63,103 nucleotides of DNA, filler included, from Octopus bimaculoides (GCF_001194135.2; 5 parts of 5 records of this genome joined end to end with filler, not necessarily neighbours in it), one strand, 5' to 3'. Numbered from the whole stretch's first letter, positions 35,499-49,550 are shown. Translations and numbers: made by a program. The notes: a model not told the origin generated them from the letters alone.

Positions 35499-38400
35499 TG
35501 TATGTGTGCGTGTGTGTTTGTGTGTGTGTGTGATATCCACATATGTGCGTACTTATGTTTATATATGTGCGTATATATTTGTGTACAAGTAAGTTATGGA
35601 CTGATAGCGGTGTTTACAATCGGGAAATATCTTGTTTTGAGCGCGCTGAATTACTGCTCACATCTATGATTTCAAAGCTTTCCATGCCTTGCTTAACCAA
35701 CTAGAGATACTGCAAAAAATATTCACACACATTAACAATAATAAATATGTAAATATATTTGTATAACATATATTGGTAACGCCTATGCGCATTATATCTC
35801 TACTCTCTGGAACACTGGCTGAATGATATGAATGATATATATGTAGAAGCTTCTTGAATACCTTCTCGCAGACATTGGCATTCAAGAAAGAAACTAACAT
35901 GAGGAAAGGGAGGTGGTGTCACATCTCAAGACTTCTTTCCTCAAAGTCTTACATAAACTATCTTTGCAACAACAGTTTGTAGTTGTCCAACTGTGTTCCA
36001 AAAGTGTTACAAAGCATGACTATAATTTCACTTGAGACATTTAAAATATATCTAGTTGCATTTTCCCGTAACGTACCAGATTAGCCATCTGGAAAGTGCT
36101 TCATGCACAACTCCAATTCATTGATCCAAGAACTAGAGATAGCACGCTACTGTAGATAAAAAAAAAAAGAATATGGAAGTTACATAGAAATGACACAAAA
36201 GACAAGGAACGTACAATTCTGAATGCAGTGTTCTAGTATGTCATTGGCTATTAAGGATAAATCAAAACTAACGAAGTAAAAATATATACAATTGCTACGA
36301 AAATTTAAGTTCCGTTGGGTGATCATTTGTGTGTATGATTATATACGCATGTAGATATTGCAAGATGTCGTAGCAGGCATAGCTGAATACGTTTCCTGTA
36401 TTATTATTTATATCTGTCCACAGTTGTGAGCGTTAAGATATCTGCATCGGCAAACATTTCGAATATGGAAAAGATAACGAGAATTTAATAGCTGCTGGCA
36501 ATTGAAATTTCTCTTCAATTGAATCAATGATACAATCTGTCCTTAGAGATGAGTATGATGAAATACTGCAAAAGCATAACCTATTACATCATCGAGTTAA
36601 CCCTTAGGTTACTAAATGTAATTTACATGTTCATATATTGGTGAGATGCAAAAGTTTAAGCAACAACCACAACTACAATTGGTTTCAAATGCACAGATCT
36701 AAAACGAATATAATTGGTTTTTAGAAATCATTAATAGCTTTGAATTTCCTTTCTGTATCTTAATTTAAATCTGTGTAGTCTATATCTTATCGCTGCTTAA
36801 CAATTAAACATCTATAATTTTTTTCAGTATTTTAAGAGAGAAATTCGAATTGGGTTCAGAACGAAATGCCGAGATTAAAGCTCTAATAAGCTTTCGGCTT
36901 ACATCGCATATAGCTTTTATATATTTACTAGAGCAATTGTGACGTTGAGTTCTCCTTTCATCATTAATCAGCTGTATTGTATGATCGTAGCGAGGAAATT
37001 TCAAAAGTTTAATGAAGCTGAAATCGTAATGGGGCTTCAACTTAAATAACACAGAAGACTATTGGATTCTTTTGAACATCGCATGAAAGCCCGATGGTTC
37101 AAGGAACAGAAATTAGCAAAAGCTTAGAGGTTCTTACCGTTTCCAAAGATATTAACCTTGTAAATAAGGGATATTAACTTAATTGAGGATAGAAACCGAC
37201 ACGCCTCATCGATTTCCCCGGTAACTCTTGTTAAGCGTTTCTCATTCCTTTAATCGAAAGTAACTATATTTTTTGAGGCAACAATATTAATTCCTAGAGA
37301 ACACAAGATTAATTGTTATGATCTGGATATATTAATAATACATGATCTTTTTTTGATAATGAAATATGGAACGCAAGACTGATAATAAGGACCTAGCAAA
37401 CTTATTGTTGAAAATAAATCCTATATGACCTACGGATATAAAGAGAAAATCACTGAACATGTTCCAATAAGCTGCATTTCATTCGCACAGTTGTAAAAGC
37501 AGTGAATGTTAAACGTGGCTAATTCCAAAATTAAAACCAAAATGAATATAAGATGTAAAAATTAAGTGAGTGTTGGAGGATGTCTTAGATGATAGGTTTT
37601 CGCTGTCAGAGTTGCCTTGAAGCTAAATAAGCAGTATATACAACAACAGCCAAAACAAAATTGCGTCCACTATCGTATTGATTTCAATATGTAACCGTTC
37701 ATATATTTTATTTTACTTACGGATAAGTAGGGTACATTAGAAGTGTTATCGTCAGATCCCGAAACAATCTAAATTTTTATTGATATCTTCCAATTTATAC
37801 CTGATTATCTTTTTACACGCACGTCTTTCCATTTCATTATATTTCTTTTTGTTTTTGTGTCCTTTCATTGCACAATTATTTAAAACAAAACATAATGTTG
37901 CAGATCCCATAAATTCAATCACATATACTGAGCCGAACACAAGTGCTAAGAGAAAACTAACCAGACAAATACTAACACTTGATACATATATTTAAACTTG
38001 CAAATAAAACACACATAGAGACGTATATCAATAAAAATTTATACTACCACAGTTTACCACTGTTATACTTCATGGTACAAAATAAATGGAACTTTGCCAA
38101 CCGCTAAGAATTCCTAAAGTGAAAAACAGCAATAACAACAACATGACTATAGAAAATATTATACAAAAGTTACAACAACAAGAACGCAAAAACAGAAACA
38201 ACAACAAAATTAATATTACAGTACAAAATAATAAAAAGCGAAATAGCTAACTAACTGTATTATCGACTAACATCAAAAGGAAAACAGGCAACTACCGACA
38301 ATATGCGAAAGTAGAGAGAAAAACGCTGCAATAATGCGCAGTAAGCACTAATAAACGTTAAAACCACTTATTTCCTCACGAAAGTAACGAAAAGTACATT

Positions 38401-38715
38401 ATATTATGTTTCGGTTTTGTTTGCTTTTTTTTTTACTTATTTTCTTTGTTTTCATTTTATTGTTTTATTCTCTTGCTGTTTTTAAATTTCTCTCTATTTT
38501 TTGTTTTTACTTTGCATTCTGTATTCTTTCTTTTGTTTTTATCGAAACCGAAAGTAGCTGCTAATATATATCTAGTGGACTATATACAGAAATTTAAGCT
38601 TTTCATAGTTGCTGTTGAATTTACATCTAAACACAATTCCTTTCATCTCTATTGACGCTGCATCATCTAAGACTCTTATATCTCTCTCGTTGCTTTTTGC
38701 CTCTCCTCTTCCTCG

Positions 38716-38746
<31 letters not shown>

Positions 38747-38783
38747 TACCACACAAATACACCTATACTTGTGTGTATGTATG

Positions 38784-38847
<64 letters not shown>

Positions 38848-39125
38848 TGTAATATATATAATTATATGTATATTTTCACATAGATATGAATATATATGTA
38901 TATATATGTATATATATATATACATATATATACATATATATGTATATATATATATATGTATATATATATGTATATATATANNNNNNNNNNNNNNNNNNNN
39001 NNNNNNNNNNNNNNNNNNNNNNNNNNNNNNNNNNNNNNNNNNNNNNNNNNNNNNNNNNNNNNNNNNNNNNNNNNNNNNNNNNNNNNNNNNNNNNNNNNNN
39101 NNNNNNNNNNNNNNNNNNNNNNNNN

Positions 39126-39156
<31 letters not shown>

Positions 39157-39649
39157 CACATCCATATACTTATCTACATCTGTATAAACGTATGTATACA
39201 TAGAAATACACATATACGTACTCGTATATACTGGAAACAAAGCTACACTTACTGCTGTTTATCTGCCTATTTGGGACTGAAATAATGGTACGAAACATCT
39301 AGAGGCGGAATAGAGTCGAATAGAAATGCAAAAAGTAGACGGCCTGTTTGTTCGTTTTGTATACGGATACCCCCAACATATACATACACATATGCACATA
39401 TCTACATACCAATGCATCTTTTCATGCACACATACAGTTCCCCTCATAGTTACATACGTACATTAGACTATACACGTAAGTATACATAAATATGTGCATG
39501 TGTACGTGTGTGTTTGCATATGTCATAGCTGTCTTCCACATGAATAATTTTGATACGAAGGACCAAGAAACATTAACCTATATAATTACCGTCGCGCTTA
39601 AGTTGGTGGTTCTAGGCAACATTGCAGCCAACTTCGTCGACAATGAATA

Positions 39650-39960
39650 TGATGTTGATTGTAATAATGATGATTAGAAAGAAGAGAGTAAGAAATAAGG
39701 AGAGGAATAGAGGAGTGGGGTTATCATACTCGTAATCATGTTTATGATGATGATGATAGTCAGACCTGTAAGCATTATATTCATATTTGTAATGATGATG
39801 ATAACAAAGATGTTGAGACTGGTGATGGTGATAATGCTGATGATGGTGATGATGACTATTATAAGGAGATGAAGGACGGCGAATAGTCATAATTATTTTA
39901 ATACTCTTGGTGACGTCATTAATGGTGCGACTGATGATATTGGTGCTAATAATTATATGG
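39650..39960. repeat. Degenerate (GAT/GGT)n low-complexity tract
   Basis: Imperfect ATG/GTG trinucleotide repeats; source of the His-rich minus-strand ORF. Confidence 0.8.
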
Positions 39961-42900
39961 CTGCATATATGGCGTTGGAATATCTTGTACATTTTAATAC
40001 AGACACTATAGCGCTAGGTTGCCTGCCATTCATATTGTCTTTGTATATCACCTTTCATGCTCGGTTGAACGATTTTCACTTTCAATGAAATGTGACATTC
40101 AGGAAAAGAGGAATGGATTGTACAGATTCCCACTTTTCTCCTACCAGTTAAATTGATGATGGCAATGACGTAGAAGTCTAAAATGATTTTAGAATACTTG
40201 TTATTACTGTTGAGCTTTAAACCAAATCAGTTCAGATTGAATAGACCTGTGATTAAGCACATATTATCATGTCATACTTTACTAATTTATTCAAGCATAT
40301 ATATATAGTGCATCTAGAAATAATCGAATGCACGTTTTTTTTCTTCTTTATGACGGCACGTTGAAATTTGCAAGGAATTTCGCTGTTATATTTTGTAGAA
40401 TGACAACATAGAGGTACCTTCCTTATTTGCATTGTTGATATAAAGTGACACAGAATATACAATCTTTCATGGCAACGAAACACTTTGAAGAGGAATTCGA
40501 TTGAACATACAACACGACTCACATGAAACGTTGGCCTTTAGAGAAACCATTAAAAAGAACCCTTTTGGAAAGTGATGAATCAGACGCAAAAATTAATTTA
40601 TCAGTGCCTATAACTTCAAAATAATATTCGAAATAGAATCCGAAGTGTACGCTGTGAGTTAATTACCTAACAAGTTAAATCATGATTATCCCCCATTTAC
40701 ATGCTGTTTCAAAATTGCAAATTATGCTTAACATTTGCTACATTCTAAAATCTTGACTGATTGTATAATTTAAAAGTAAACACTCATAAAATCACCAAAA
40801 GCGTGGTGCCTCAATGTAATTATTTCCCTACGCGAACAGGAACCAAACTGACTTCAAATCACATCCTACTAATTTAATCGATATGTCAGAAAAAAAAAGA
40901 TGATCTTCGTCATAATTATTGTGCATTTGTTCATATGTGATATTCAACAGGATAAAGTTGGTGCTAAGAAACAATTACAAATGGCCATAGACATACATTT
41001 CTGAGGACGAGATTATTTTACAGGTAATTCTATGGCGTATTGTTTCATCTGACTCTTGACTGAAATTCATTGTGGATTATATTTAGCTTGTAACTATGTT
41101 AACTATGTTTTTATAGAACTATATTTACTGCGGATAAAATATCCTGTGCATTGAACAGTTCATAGACAAGTTTAGGACGTCCATTTGATCTAAATAGTAA
41201 ATAGTATAATACGTTGGATCATTAAATACCAGATTTTAATCCCTGTGTTTGCCCAGTATTTAATTTTGTAAAACCGTGACTGAGAAAAATCTCATCATGG
41301 TTATGATACTTATCTAAAAATATGCTTGGCAATATTGTGAGATATAAGAATCTATGTATAATTAGATATAGAAACAAAGTCTTATAAGTGAAGTAATGAA
41401 GTTTGAGGCTTCGTATACAGTATTTTGCTGCTCCACTTTCATAGATATAATTTACCTATCATATTGATATAGGTTCTCGAAGGTGCAAAGTGCTGTTCAG
41501 AATAACATAATATATAGTCAGTCTCGATCATTAAAATGATCCGAATTCTGATTCAGAATGAATTCTAGCTCGGAACATTTTGATCTTCGAGCGAATTTCT
41601 GCTAAAGATTTTCATTTACCGATTCTTTTAGTAGTGATACGAACAGTCTGCCTCATTTTGAAAGATATTTCCATGTTAGACGTTGTGTTCAGTTGTGCTT
41701 GGCGAAGAAACAATCTATCAAATTTGCAATATTTTTGTGGTTTTCGGTGAGGTGAAGCACCTCAGATTAGAGAGGTACATATAATTGGAAGGTGAATGAA
41801 TACCAGTCAAGAGTTAAACTATACACTCAATTCAGAGAACGTACCATGATACGAACTTATGAATACTTGTACCGGTAAATCGATATACCATTCTCTCGCA
41901 ACATTTTACAATATTCATTAAACCGTTTTCACCACTTCTACACTGTTAAATCGGTCAATTTCTACAATATTCATAAGCTTGGCACCGATTTTATTCTGCG
42001 TTACAACACAGTAAAGTGATAAACTTTTTTGTGACTTAACTGCCTCTATAAAAAATATCAATATTACTTTAGTAATAAACTATGACTTGCTCATTGTCGG
42101 AAATTTTCTCGCCATAGGATTATTAATCATTTAATTAACAGATCTTTGTCCTACAAATATTAGTTCTCTTGATTGTGGAAGTTGTATGTATGTATATATA
42201 TATNNNNNNNNNNNNNNNNNNNNNNNNNNNNNNNNNNNNNNNNNNNNNNNNNNNNNNNNNNNNNNNNNNNNNNNNNNNNNNNNNNNNNNNNNNNNNNNNN
42301 NNNNNNNNNCCAATAGCGAAGTCATCGATTGACCGACACATTTGCTAGCGAGTATGTAGTTTGAGAAAAGTTTCATGGATGAAAATGGAGGATTGGTAAG
42401 TTTTATGTTTATAATTGTTTGCTGGTCGATTCTTGCATAGGAAAAATAAACATCAATAGACCACCTCTGAGTATTTATTGCCGAGAAATGCTAATACGCA
42501 ACAAATCAAATATATCATTTTCTAAGTCGATCAATAGAGAAAGACGAGGAAACATTGATTCTGTTCTCCTTTGCTTTCTGTTCTTCTCCGAATGTGTGGA
42601 TCCATGTGTATGCGATAGGTAAGAGACGACAAGTATTGTAGATAGCTTTCTTTGTCCTTCTGTACGTAGGGATAAACGGTGTTTGGTGGTGAATTTAAAG
42701 GATATTAATTTGTGCTATTCATGACAACACAAATGTGCATTTCTAAACAATTTCTTATTAGGAAATCTTCATGCTTTTTCATACCAAGTGATTTAATCTA
42801 ATGTGTAAACTATAGGAGCTGAATTTACAGACTTGGCTCAACCATATAAATGCATTTGGGGTAACGTTCATGTCGTTGCTGTGCAAACAAAATCTAACTG

Positions 42901-43559
42901 CTTACAAATCGCTAAGAAACTGATTTTTGTGTGTAGCACGACAAACCATACATTTTAACACTACTTCTAAACCATAGCTCACTGTTGTAAGCAATCGACT
43001 CTAGCGCCTGCCAGTGTATTGTTGTCACTCGCTTTGAAACACCTCTTCGTTTGTTTTAAAAATTAAAATTTAAAAATACCAAACAATGTCTCCACCATAT
43101 CTATCATTGAGAATGGATTCACGCATAATTTCTTATTAATCATCTGTTCACTGAGACACGGAACCACGTGATTGCGAAGCAAGCTTTTTACCCCCACAGC
43201 CACGCCTAAAGACTTTCAGTAACTCTAATGGAAAGCCTCTGTCCTCCTATTCTCTGATACATGTTTCGTTATTCACCGACGGACATTTTTTCGGCAAACT
43301 TTTCCTGTATCGCGAGTATCAATTTCAATCTAAACCTTCTCCGGAAAAAAGACCACATAATCAGCGCGTTAGATTTCTAATGTTTGACACAAATACGTGT
43401 TCTCTCTCTCTTCCTCTTTCTCTTTCTCTCTCTCTCTCATATCTATCGTTAATCCAGTGACCTGTGCTCTTGGAAGCCTATTGACACAGTAATGATACAC
43501 TTACACCTGAAGACTCTCGACTTACTCACTTCACCTCCTCTTATAACCCTGATTCTTTC

Positions 43560-44050
43560 CTTCACTCCCAGATTCCGTATTCACCAAAATGCTATAGGAC
43601 TATAATATTAGGGAAGGGAGATCGGTGGCATCACCTGCATAAAAGTGGGAATTGTTGGAAATAACGGCAAGTAGATCGGTGATGTGTACAATGAGGAGCA
43701 TGTATGAGAAAACTAAACCCAGGACGCTACAGAGTTGACTGAGTGAGGGCAAAAAAGATATTTAGCACACTCTGCGATAGTTCAAACTCACAGAAAGAAT
43801 GAAAGAGGAGGAATGGAATCCCTGTTAAAGAGCTAGATAGGAATTCGTTTACAATACGCGGTGAAAAGATTTGCTCTCGACGAAGATAATGCCACTGCTT
43901 CCACCAAGTTACGAAGGGCAAGGCGCCATTAATGATTGATAGAAGGTCTAAATTTAAAATCGCTTCACTGCAGGGTAGATAGGGGAGAGAAATCTTCCAA
44001 TTGCTGGAAAAGTTGCTGCCTCAGCCCCTACGTGATGCTAGAAGTGATTA
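43560..44050 (-). mobile_element. CR1/L2-group LINE reverse transcriptase relic
   Basis: Minus frame SVLGLVFSYMLLIVHITDLLAVISNNSHFYAGDAT corresponds to GSVLxPxLFxxxINDL..SN..HxYADD; an upstream LDL..W..WH segment resembles LDISKAFDRVWH. Confidence 0.55.
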
Positions 44051-44289
44051 TGAAACGGTGGTAACTGAGAACATTAGAGAGTTTCCAAGGAAAGAGATAA
44101 CTCATTACGAGCATATAGTCATCATTGCTTTATCTTTACCTTGTCTTAGTCATTCTGCTAGAGTCATGTCTCGACATCGGCTTCAATTGACCACAGTGCT
44201 TATTTTCAAGTTTGGTAATTGTTTTATTGTTCTTTTGTCATGCTGTTATATACAGTAAACAAAACAACACCGAGTTTTAATACATACAT

Positions 44290-44322
<33 letters not shown>

Positions 44323-44539
44323 NNNNNNNNNNNNNNNNNNNNNNNNNNNNNNNNNNNNNNNNNNNNTTAATTAATTAANNNNNNNNNNNNNNNNNNNNNN
44401 NNNNNNNNNNNNNNNNNNNNNNCTAAACGACCTCGTATTAAGACAACAACGTGGAGACACAACAACATGAATACACTTGCATACACATGTACATACACAT
44501 ACACACACTCACGTCCCCATGTACACACTTTGGCACACA

Positions 44540-44772
44540 GAGGCGGCGAGCTGGCAGAAACGTTAGCACGCCGGGCGAAATGCTTAGCGGTATTTCGTCT
44601 GCCGCTACGTTCTGAGTTCAAATTCCGCCGAGGTCGACTTTGCCTTTCATCCTTTCGGGGTCGATTAAATAAGTACCAGTTACGCACTGGGGTCGATATA
44701 ATCGACTTAATCCGTTTGTCTGTCTTTGTTTGTCCCCTCTGTGTGTAGCCCCTTGTGGGTAGTAAAGAAATA
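44540..44772 (+). mobile_element. tRNA-derived SINE family D, intact, with 17-bp TSD
   Basis: Head ggcggcgagctggcagaaacgttagc, B box gagttcaaattcc, tail agtaaagaaata. Perfect TSD acacactttggcacaca at 44523-44539 and 44773-44789. Confidence 0.95.
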
Positions 44773-44879
44773 ACACACTTTGGCACACATAAGCTATAAA
44801 CACGACTGACCACACATATATTTGTATACAAACGTTCCCACGCAAACATTCACACACATTCTCATGAACGTGGTCTGTC

Positions 44880-44886
44880 TTTTTCT

Positions 44887-44927
<41 letters not shown>

Positions 44928-45069
44928 ACACACACACAGACACACACACACACTCGTTTCACTACCTCGCTCTTTCTTTCGCGCTCTCTTTCTCTTTCAT
45001 TCTCTGTCCCTCTTTGTCTCACTCTATCTCTCTCTGTCTCTCTTTCCTTTTCTTCATTACTTCACTAAT

Positions 45070-45103
<34 letters not shown>

Positions 45104-45150
45104 ATATATACGTAGTTATACACACTCACAAACGCACACAATCACATACG

Positions 45151-45181
<31 letters not shown>

Positions 45182-45720
45182 TCGCACTTGCACACACACA
45201 TACTCACACACACATACACGTATTAACATTGATATGAATACATACACAAATGTATACGGATACACATGTATGTATAAAGATACGAATTACAAACACACAA
45301 CATACGCAGTCACAAGAAAGTGGTCACACACACACACACACACACACACATTAACGTTAAGACGTTAATTAACTCACACACACATAAAAACAGTACTCAT
45401 ATAAGCACGTTCATACATACACACACACATACTTAATGCACACACCCATATATATATTCACACTAGCATGCATATCCATGCACGCACACGCACACACACA
45501 CACACACGAATTTACACTAACGAAATTGTTTATATACATATACACACAAACACACAGACGCACAAACATAGACACAATCACACACACTCATACACACGTT
45601 CATACACACACAGACAGACACACACACACGGTCACACGTATTCACGCACGCACACACACACACACACACACACACAAACAACACACACACACACTCATAC
45701 GTACGCATATACACACCTAC
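44880..45720. repeat. (CT)n and degenerate (CA)n low-complexity region
   Basis: Direct reading. Confidence 0.9.
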
Positions 45721-46684
45721 TAATAGATTGGGTGTGACAAAATTTATAATTGNNNNNNNNNNNNNNNNNNNNNNNNNNNNNNNNNNNNNNNNNNNNNNNN
45801 NNNNNNNNNNNNNNNNNNNNNNNNNNNNNNNNNNNNNNNNNNNNNNNNNNNNNNNNNNNNNNNNNNNNNNNNNNNNNNNNNNNNNNNNNNNNNNNNNNNN
45901 NNNNNNNNNNNNNNNNNNNNNNNNNNNNNNNNNNNNNNNNNNNNNNNNNNNNNNNNNNNNNNNNNNNNNNNNNNNNNNNNNNNNNNNNNNNNNNNNNNNN
46001 NNNNNNNNNNNNNNNNNNNNNNNNNNNNNNNNNNNNNNNNNNNNNNNNNNNNNNNNNNNNNNNNNNNNNNNNNNNNNNNNNNNNNNNNNNNNNNNNNNNN
46101 NNNNNNNNNNNNNNNNNNNNNNNNNNNNNNNNNNNNNNNNNNNNNNNNNNNNNNNNNNNNNNNNNNNNNNNNNNNNNNNNNNNNNNNNNNNNNNNNNNNN
46201 NNNNNNNNNNNNNNNNNNNNNNNNNNNNNNNNNNNNNNNNNNNNNNNNNNNNNNNNNNNNNNNNNNNNNNNNNNNNNNNNNNNNNNNNNNNNNNNNNNNN
46301 NNNNNNNNNNNNNNNNNNNNNNNNNNNNNNNNNNNNNNNNNNNNNNNNNNNNNNNNNNNNNNNNNNNNNNNNNNNNNNNNNNNNNNNNNNNNNNNNNNNN
46401 NNNNNNNNNNNNNNNNNNNNNNNNNNNNNNNNNNNNNNNNNNNNNNNNNNNNNNNNNNNNNNNNNNNNNNNNNNNNNNNNNNNNNNNNNNNNNNNNNNNN
46501 NNNNNNNNNNNNNNNNNNNNNNNNNNNNNNNNNNNNNNNNNNNNNNNNNNNNNNNNNNNNNNNNNNNNNNNNNNNNNNNNNNNNNNNNNNNNNNNNNNNN
46601 NNNNNNNNNNNNNNNNNNNNNNNNNNNNNNNNNNNNNNNNNNNNNNNNNNNNNNNNNNCCTGTGTGGCTAATAAAAGAAATGTA

Positions 46685-46704
46685 TCTCTCTCTCTCTCTC
46701 TCTC

Positions 46705-46760
<56 letters not shown>

Positions 46761-46782
46761 CAAACAGACAAAATGATAGACG

Positions 46783-46826
<44 letters not shown>

Positions 46827-46830
46827 TAAC
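46685..46830. repeat. (CT)n(GATA)n microsatellite
   Basis: Direct reading; similar GATA arrays at 47813-47855 and 57020-57072. Confidence 0.95.
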
Positions 46831-46839
46831 TAGTTTTAC

Positions 46840-46985
46840 CACGATTTCCATCAGACAAATTCCCTCTGAAGGGCTTGGGTCGGCCTAGGGTTACAAAGGA
46901 AGACACTTGCCCAAAGTGCCGCGCAATGAGACTGAAACCTAAACCATATGGATGCAAAGACAACTTTATCAAATAGCCTTCTTTA
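46840..46985 (-). mobile_element. SINE family A, degenerate head half
   Basis: gggcttgggtcggcctagggttacaaaggaagacacttgcccaaagtgccgcgcaatgagactgaaacc. Confidence 0.75.
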
Positions 46986-47397
46986 CAAAATGCGACATAA
47001 AATATGAATACACACACGCGCGCGCACATACGTTTGTATATGCCATGTGTTTTTCTGACAGTTTTTACTAGACTGTCTATAAATAGTGTTGTCATTGTGA
47101 CGTAGATAAAGATCTGGAGTAGATGTTTATTTCCAGTACATCTTGAATGTAAGCATATCTTACGTAAGCACAAGGTTATACGATTTATTATACACACACA
47201 CACACACATTGACACCAACACACTCACACACACGCCTACCAGCCCAATCATTCATTCACTTACCCACGCATACCTATCAATTGAGCTATCTAGGTATAAA
47301 TAGCCTTCTATAGATGTCTCTTTATCACTCCATCTATTGACCTCTCTCACTATGTATGTATGTATGGCCAGTCAAATGACTGAAACAGTTAAAAGAG

Positions 47398-47435
<38 letters not shown>

Positions 47436-47438
<3 letters not shown>

Positions 47439-47559
47439 GCATTCCGTCGGTTGCGACGACGAGGGTTCCAGTTGATCCTATCAACGGAAATTAACGTGCA
47501 AAGTGAATGAGCACTCCACAGACACGTGGGAGATTCAGAGTGTGACAAGGCTGGCCCTT
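47436..47559 (-). mobile_element. SINE family B, 3' part
   Basis: ggcattccgtcggttgcgacgacgagggttccagttgatcc..gagcactccacagacacgtg is the reverse complement of the family B tail. Confidence 0.85.
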
Positions 47560-47811
47560 NNNNNNNNNNNNNNNNNNNNNNNNNNNNNNNNNNNNNNNNN
47601 NNNNNNNNNNNNNNNNNNNNNNNNNNNNNNNNNNNNNNNNNNNNNNNNNNNNNNNNNNNCACAGGGCAGATTTCCGTCGCAAAAAACTTGCACCAGAGAG
47701 TCTACAAGTGGATATACAACTTTGTATATAAAATAAATTTTACGAACAAACTTTTTAAAACATGAAAAAGGCAAAACTTACAGAGCCGACACGTCTACCG
47801 TCCGTCCATAG

Positions 47812-47855
<44 letters not shown>

Positions 47856-47918
47856 GGACACTCATGGAGCTATTAAAATGGGGTCTGTGTAGAGATTCCC
47901 CTATGCTACTAAATATCT

Positions 47919-48300
47919 GTGGAGGCGCAATGGCCCAGTGATTAGGGCAGCGGACTCACGGTCATAGGATCGCGGTTTCGATTCTCCGACCGGGCGTTGT
48001 GAGTGTTTATTGAGCGAAAACACCTCAAGTTCCACGATGCTCCGGCAGGGGATGGTGGCGAACCCTGCTGTACTCTTTCACCACAACTTTCTCTCACTCT
48101 TTCTTCCTGTTTCTGTTGTATCTGCATTTCAAAGGGGCCAGCCTTGTTACACTGTGTCACGCTGAATATCCCCGAGAACTACGTTAAGGGTACACGTGTC
48201 TGTGGAGTGCTCAGCCACTTGCACGTTAATTTCACGAGCAGGCTGTTCCGTTGATTGGATCAACTGGAACCCTCGACGTCGTAAGCGACTGAGTGCCAAC
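47919..48300 (+). mobile_element. tRNA-derived SINE family B, full length
   Basis: Co-linear with 17592-17970. Confidence 0.92.
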
Positions 48301-48500
48301 AAAAACCAAACTAGATATATATGTATATAATTTATCTTATTTTCTTTAAAAGCAAGTGTTTCCTTATTAATATTTTTAGATTTTTAATTATGTTAGCATA
48401 CTACTATTTAAGTATATATGTGAAGGTGTGTGAATAACCAGAATTTTGAGCTCAGGGAAGCTGTGCACAGTTGTTAGCCTGGAATACCCCGCGTTATATA

Positions 48501-49381
48501 CGTGGACTGATAAATAACTATCCGGACTGTTGCCATAACAAAACTAAAGCGCACAGAGTGAAGCCGCTTGGCACAGATTGGCCTTGAACTCTGCTGCACA
48601 TGCGTATTAAGTGTTAACGTTCTAGCTCACTTCTGCTGTTTATAGGAGTGCTTGGAAGGAAGGTGTGTAGCGTGTGATCGTCGCATTGACCATGAATCTG
48701 AGTCAAATTTTGCCAAAAGCTGGACGATACCTGCTCAAAGGTCTACGCAAAGTTGTTGAAAATGTATGGAGAGGAGTGTACAAGTCGAAACAATGTCGAT
48801 AGTAATTAACGTTCTGGGAGACCCGCAACCAGCACAACTGAGAAAAACAACGCAGATGTGCCCGCAGCTGTGAAGGGAAATCGTCGAATCACGATCGGTG
48901 AGTTTTCGGAGGATGTGCAGTTTAGTTACAGTTCAGTTCAGTCCATTATCACTGAAGATTTGGGTAGGAGACGCGTGTCTGCCAAGTTTGTGCCAAACTG
49001 CTTCCAACTGACAACGCACCTCCGCATTCAGCGCAGCTTGTGCAGCGGGCTTTGGCTAGGCACAGCATTCCCCAGATTTGACAGCCACCATATTCCTCAG
49101 ATCTCACCTCTTGCGATTTTTTCTCTTTCCAAAAATCAAATCCCGCTTGAAAGGAAAAAAATTTCAGGACGTCGGGGAAATCAAAGTAAATGTGAAGAGG
49201 CAACTGCTGATTGTCCTAGAAAATGAGTTCCAGGAATGCTTCCATCAATGGAAACAGCGCTGTATTAAGCGTATGGCTTTCGAAGGGGACTACTTTGAAG
49301 GAGATTAAATGCCAATTTAGTACGTGTTGTAGCTTTGTTTTTATAGCAGCACCTGTCCGGATACTTATTGATCAGGCCTCG
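48501..49381 (+). mobile_element. Internally deleted mariner (DD34D) element
   Basis: TA-flanked TIRs cgtggactgataaataactatccggac / gtccggatacttattgatcaggcctcg. Relic ORF RSGRP..NRRITI..EDLGRRRVSAKFVP, then a deletion, then DNAPPHSA..PPYSSDL..CDFF..FPKIKSRLKG..W..C..EGDYFEGD*. Confidence 0.92.
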
Positions 49382-49520
49382 TATGTGTAATGCCAGTTAC
49401 TAGTATCTTGCATGCGTCTTATGTTTGCATAACGTTTTCAATGTCGAGAAGTAATGATTTTACTATAATATATGTCTTTAAGTACTTGAGTATCGAAATT
49501 GTGACGATACTTAGATTAAA

Positions 49521-49550
49521 ACTGATGAGGCACGAAACATGTCTGCATCC
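49521..49550 (+). ncRNA. Minimal hammerhead core (Penelope-type), stem I decayed
   Basis: CTGATGA (49522-28), G-gca-C, GAAA (49534-37), palindromic ACATGT, GTC cleavage triplet (49541-43). Stem I pairing is poor. Confidence 0.5.

Noticed and set aside
39612-39992. His-rich minus-strand ORF
   Set aside because: Product of a degenerate (GAT/GGT)n tract.
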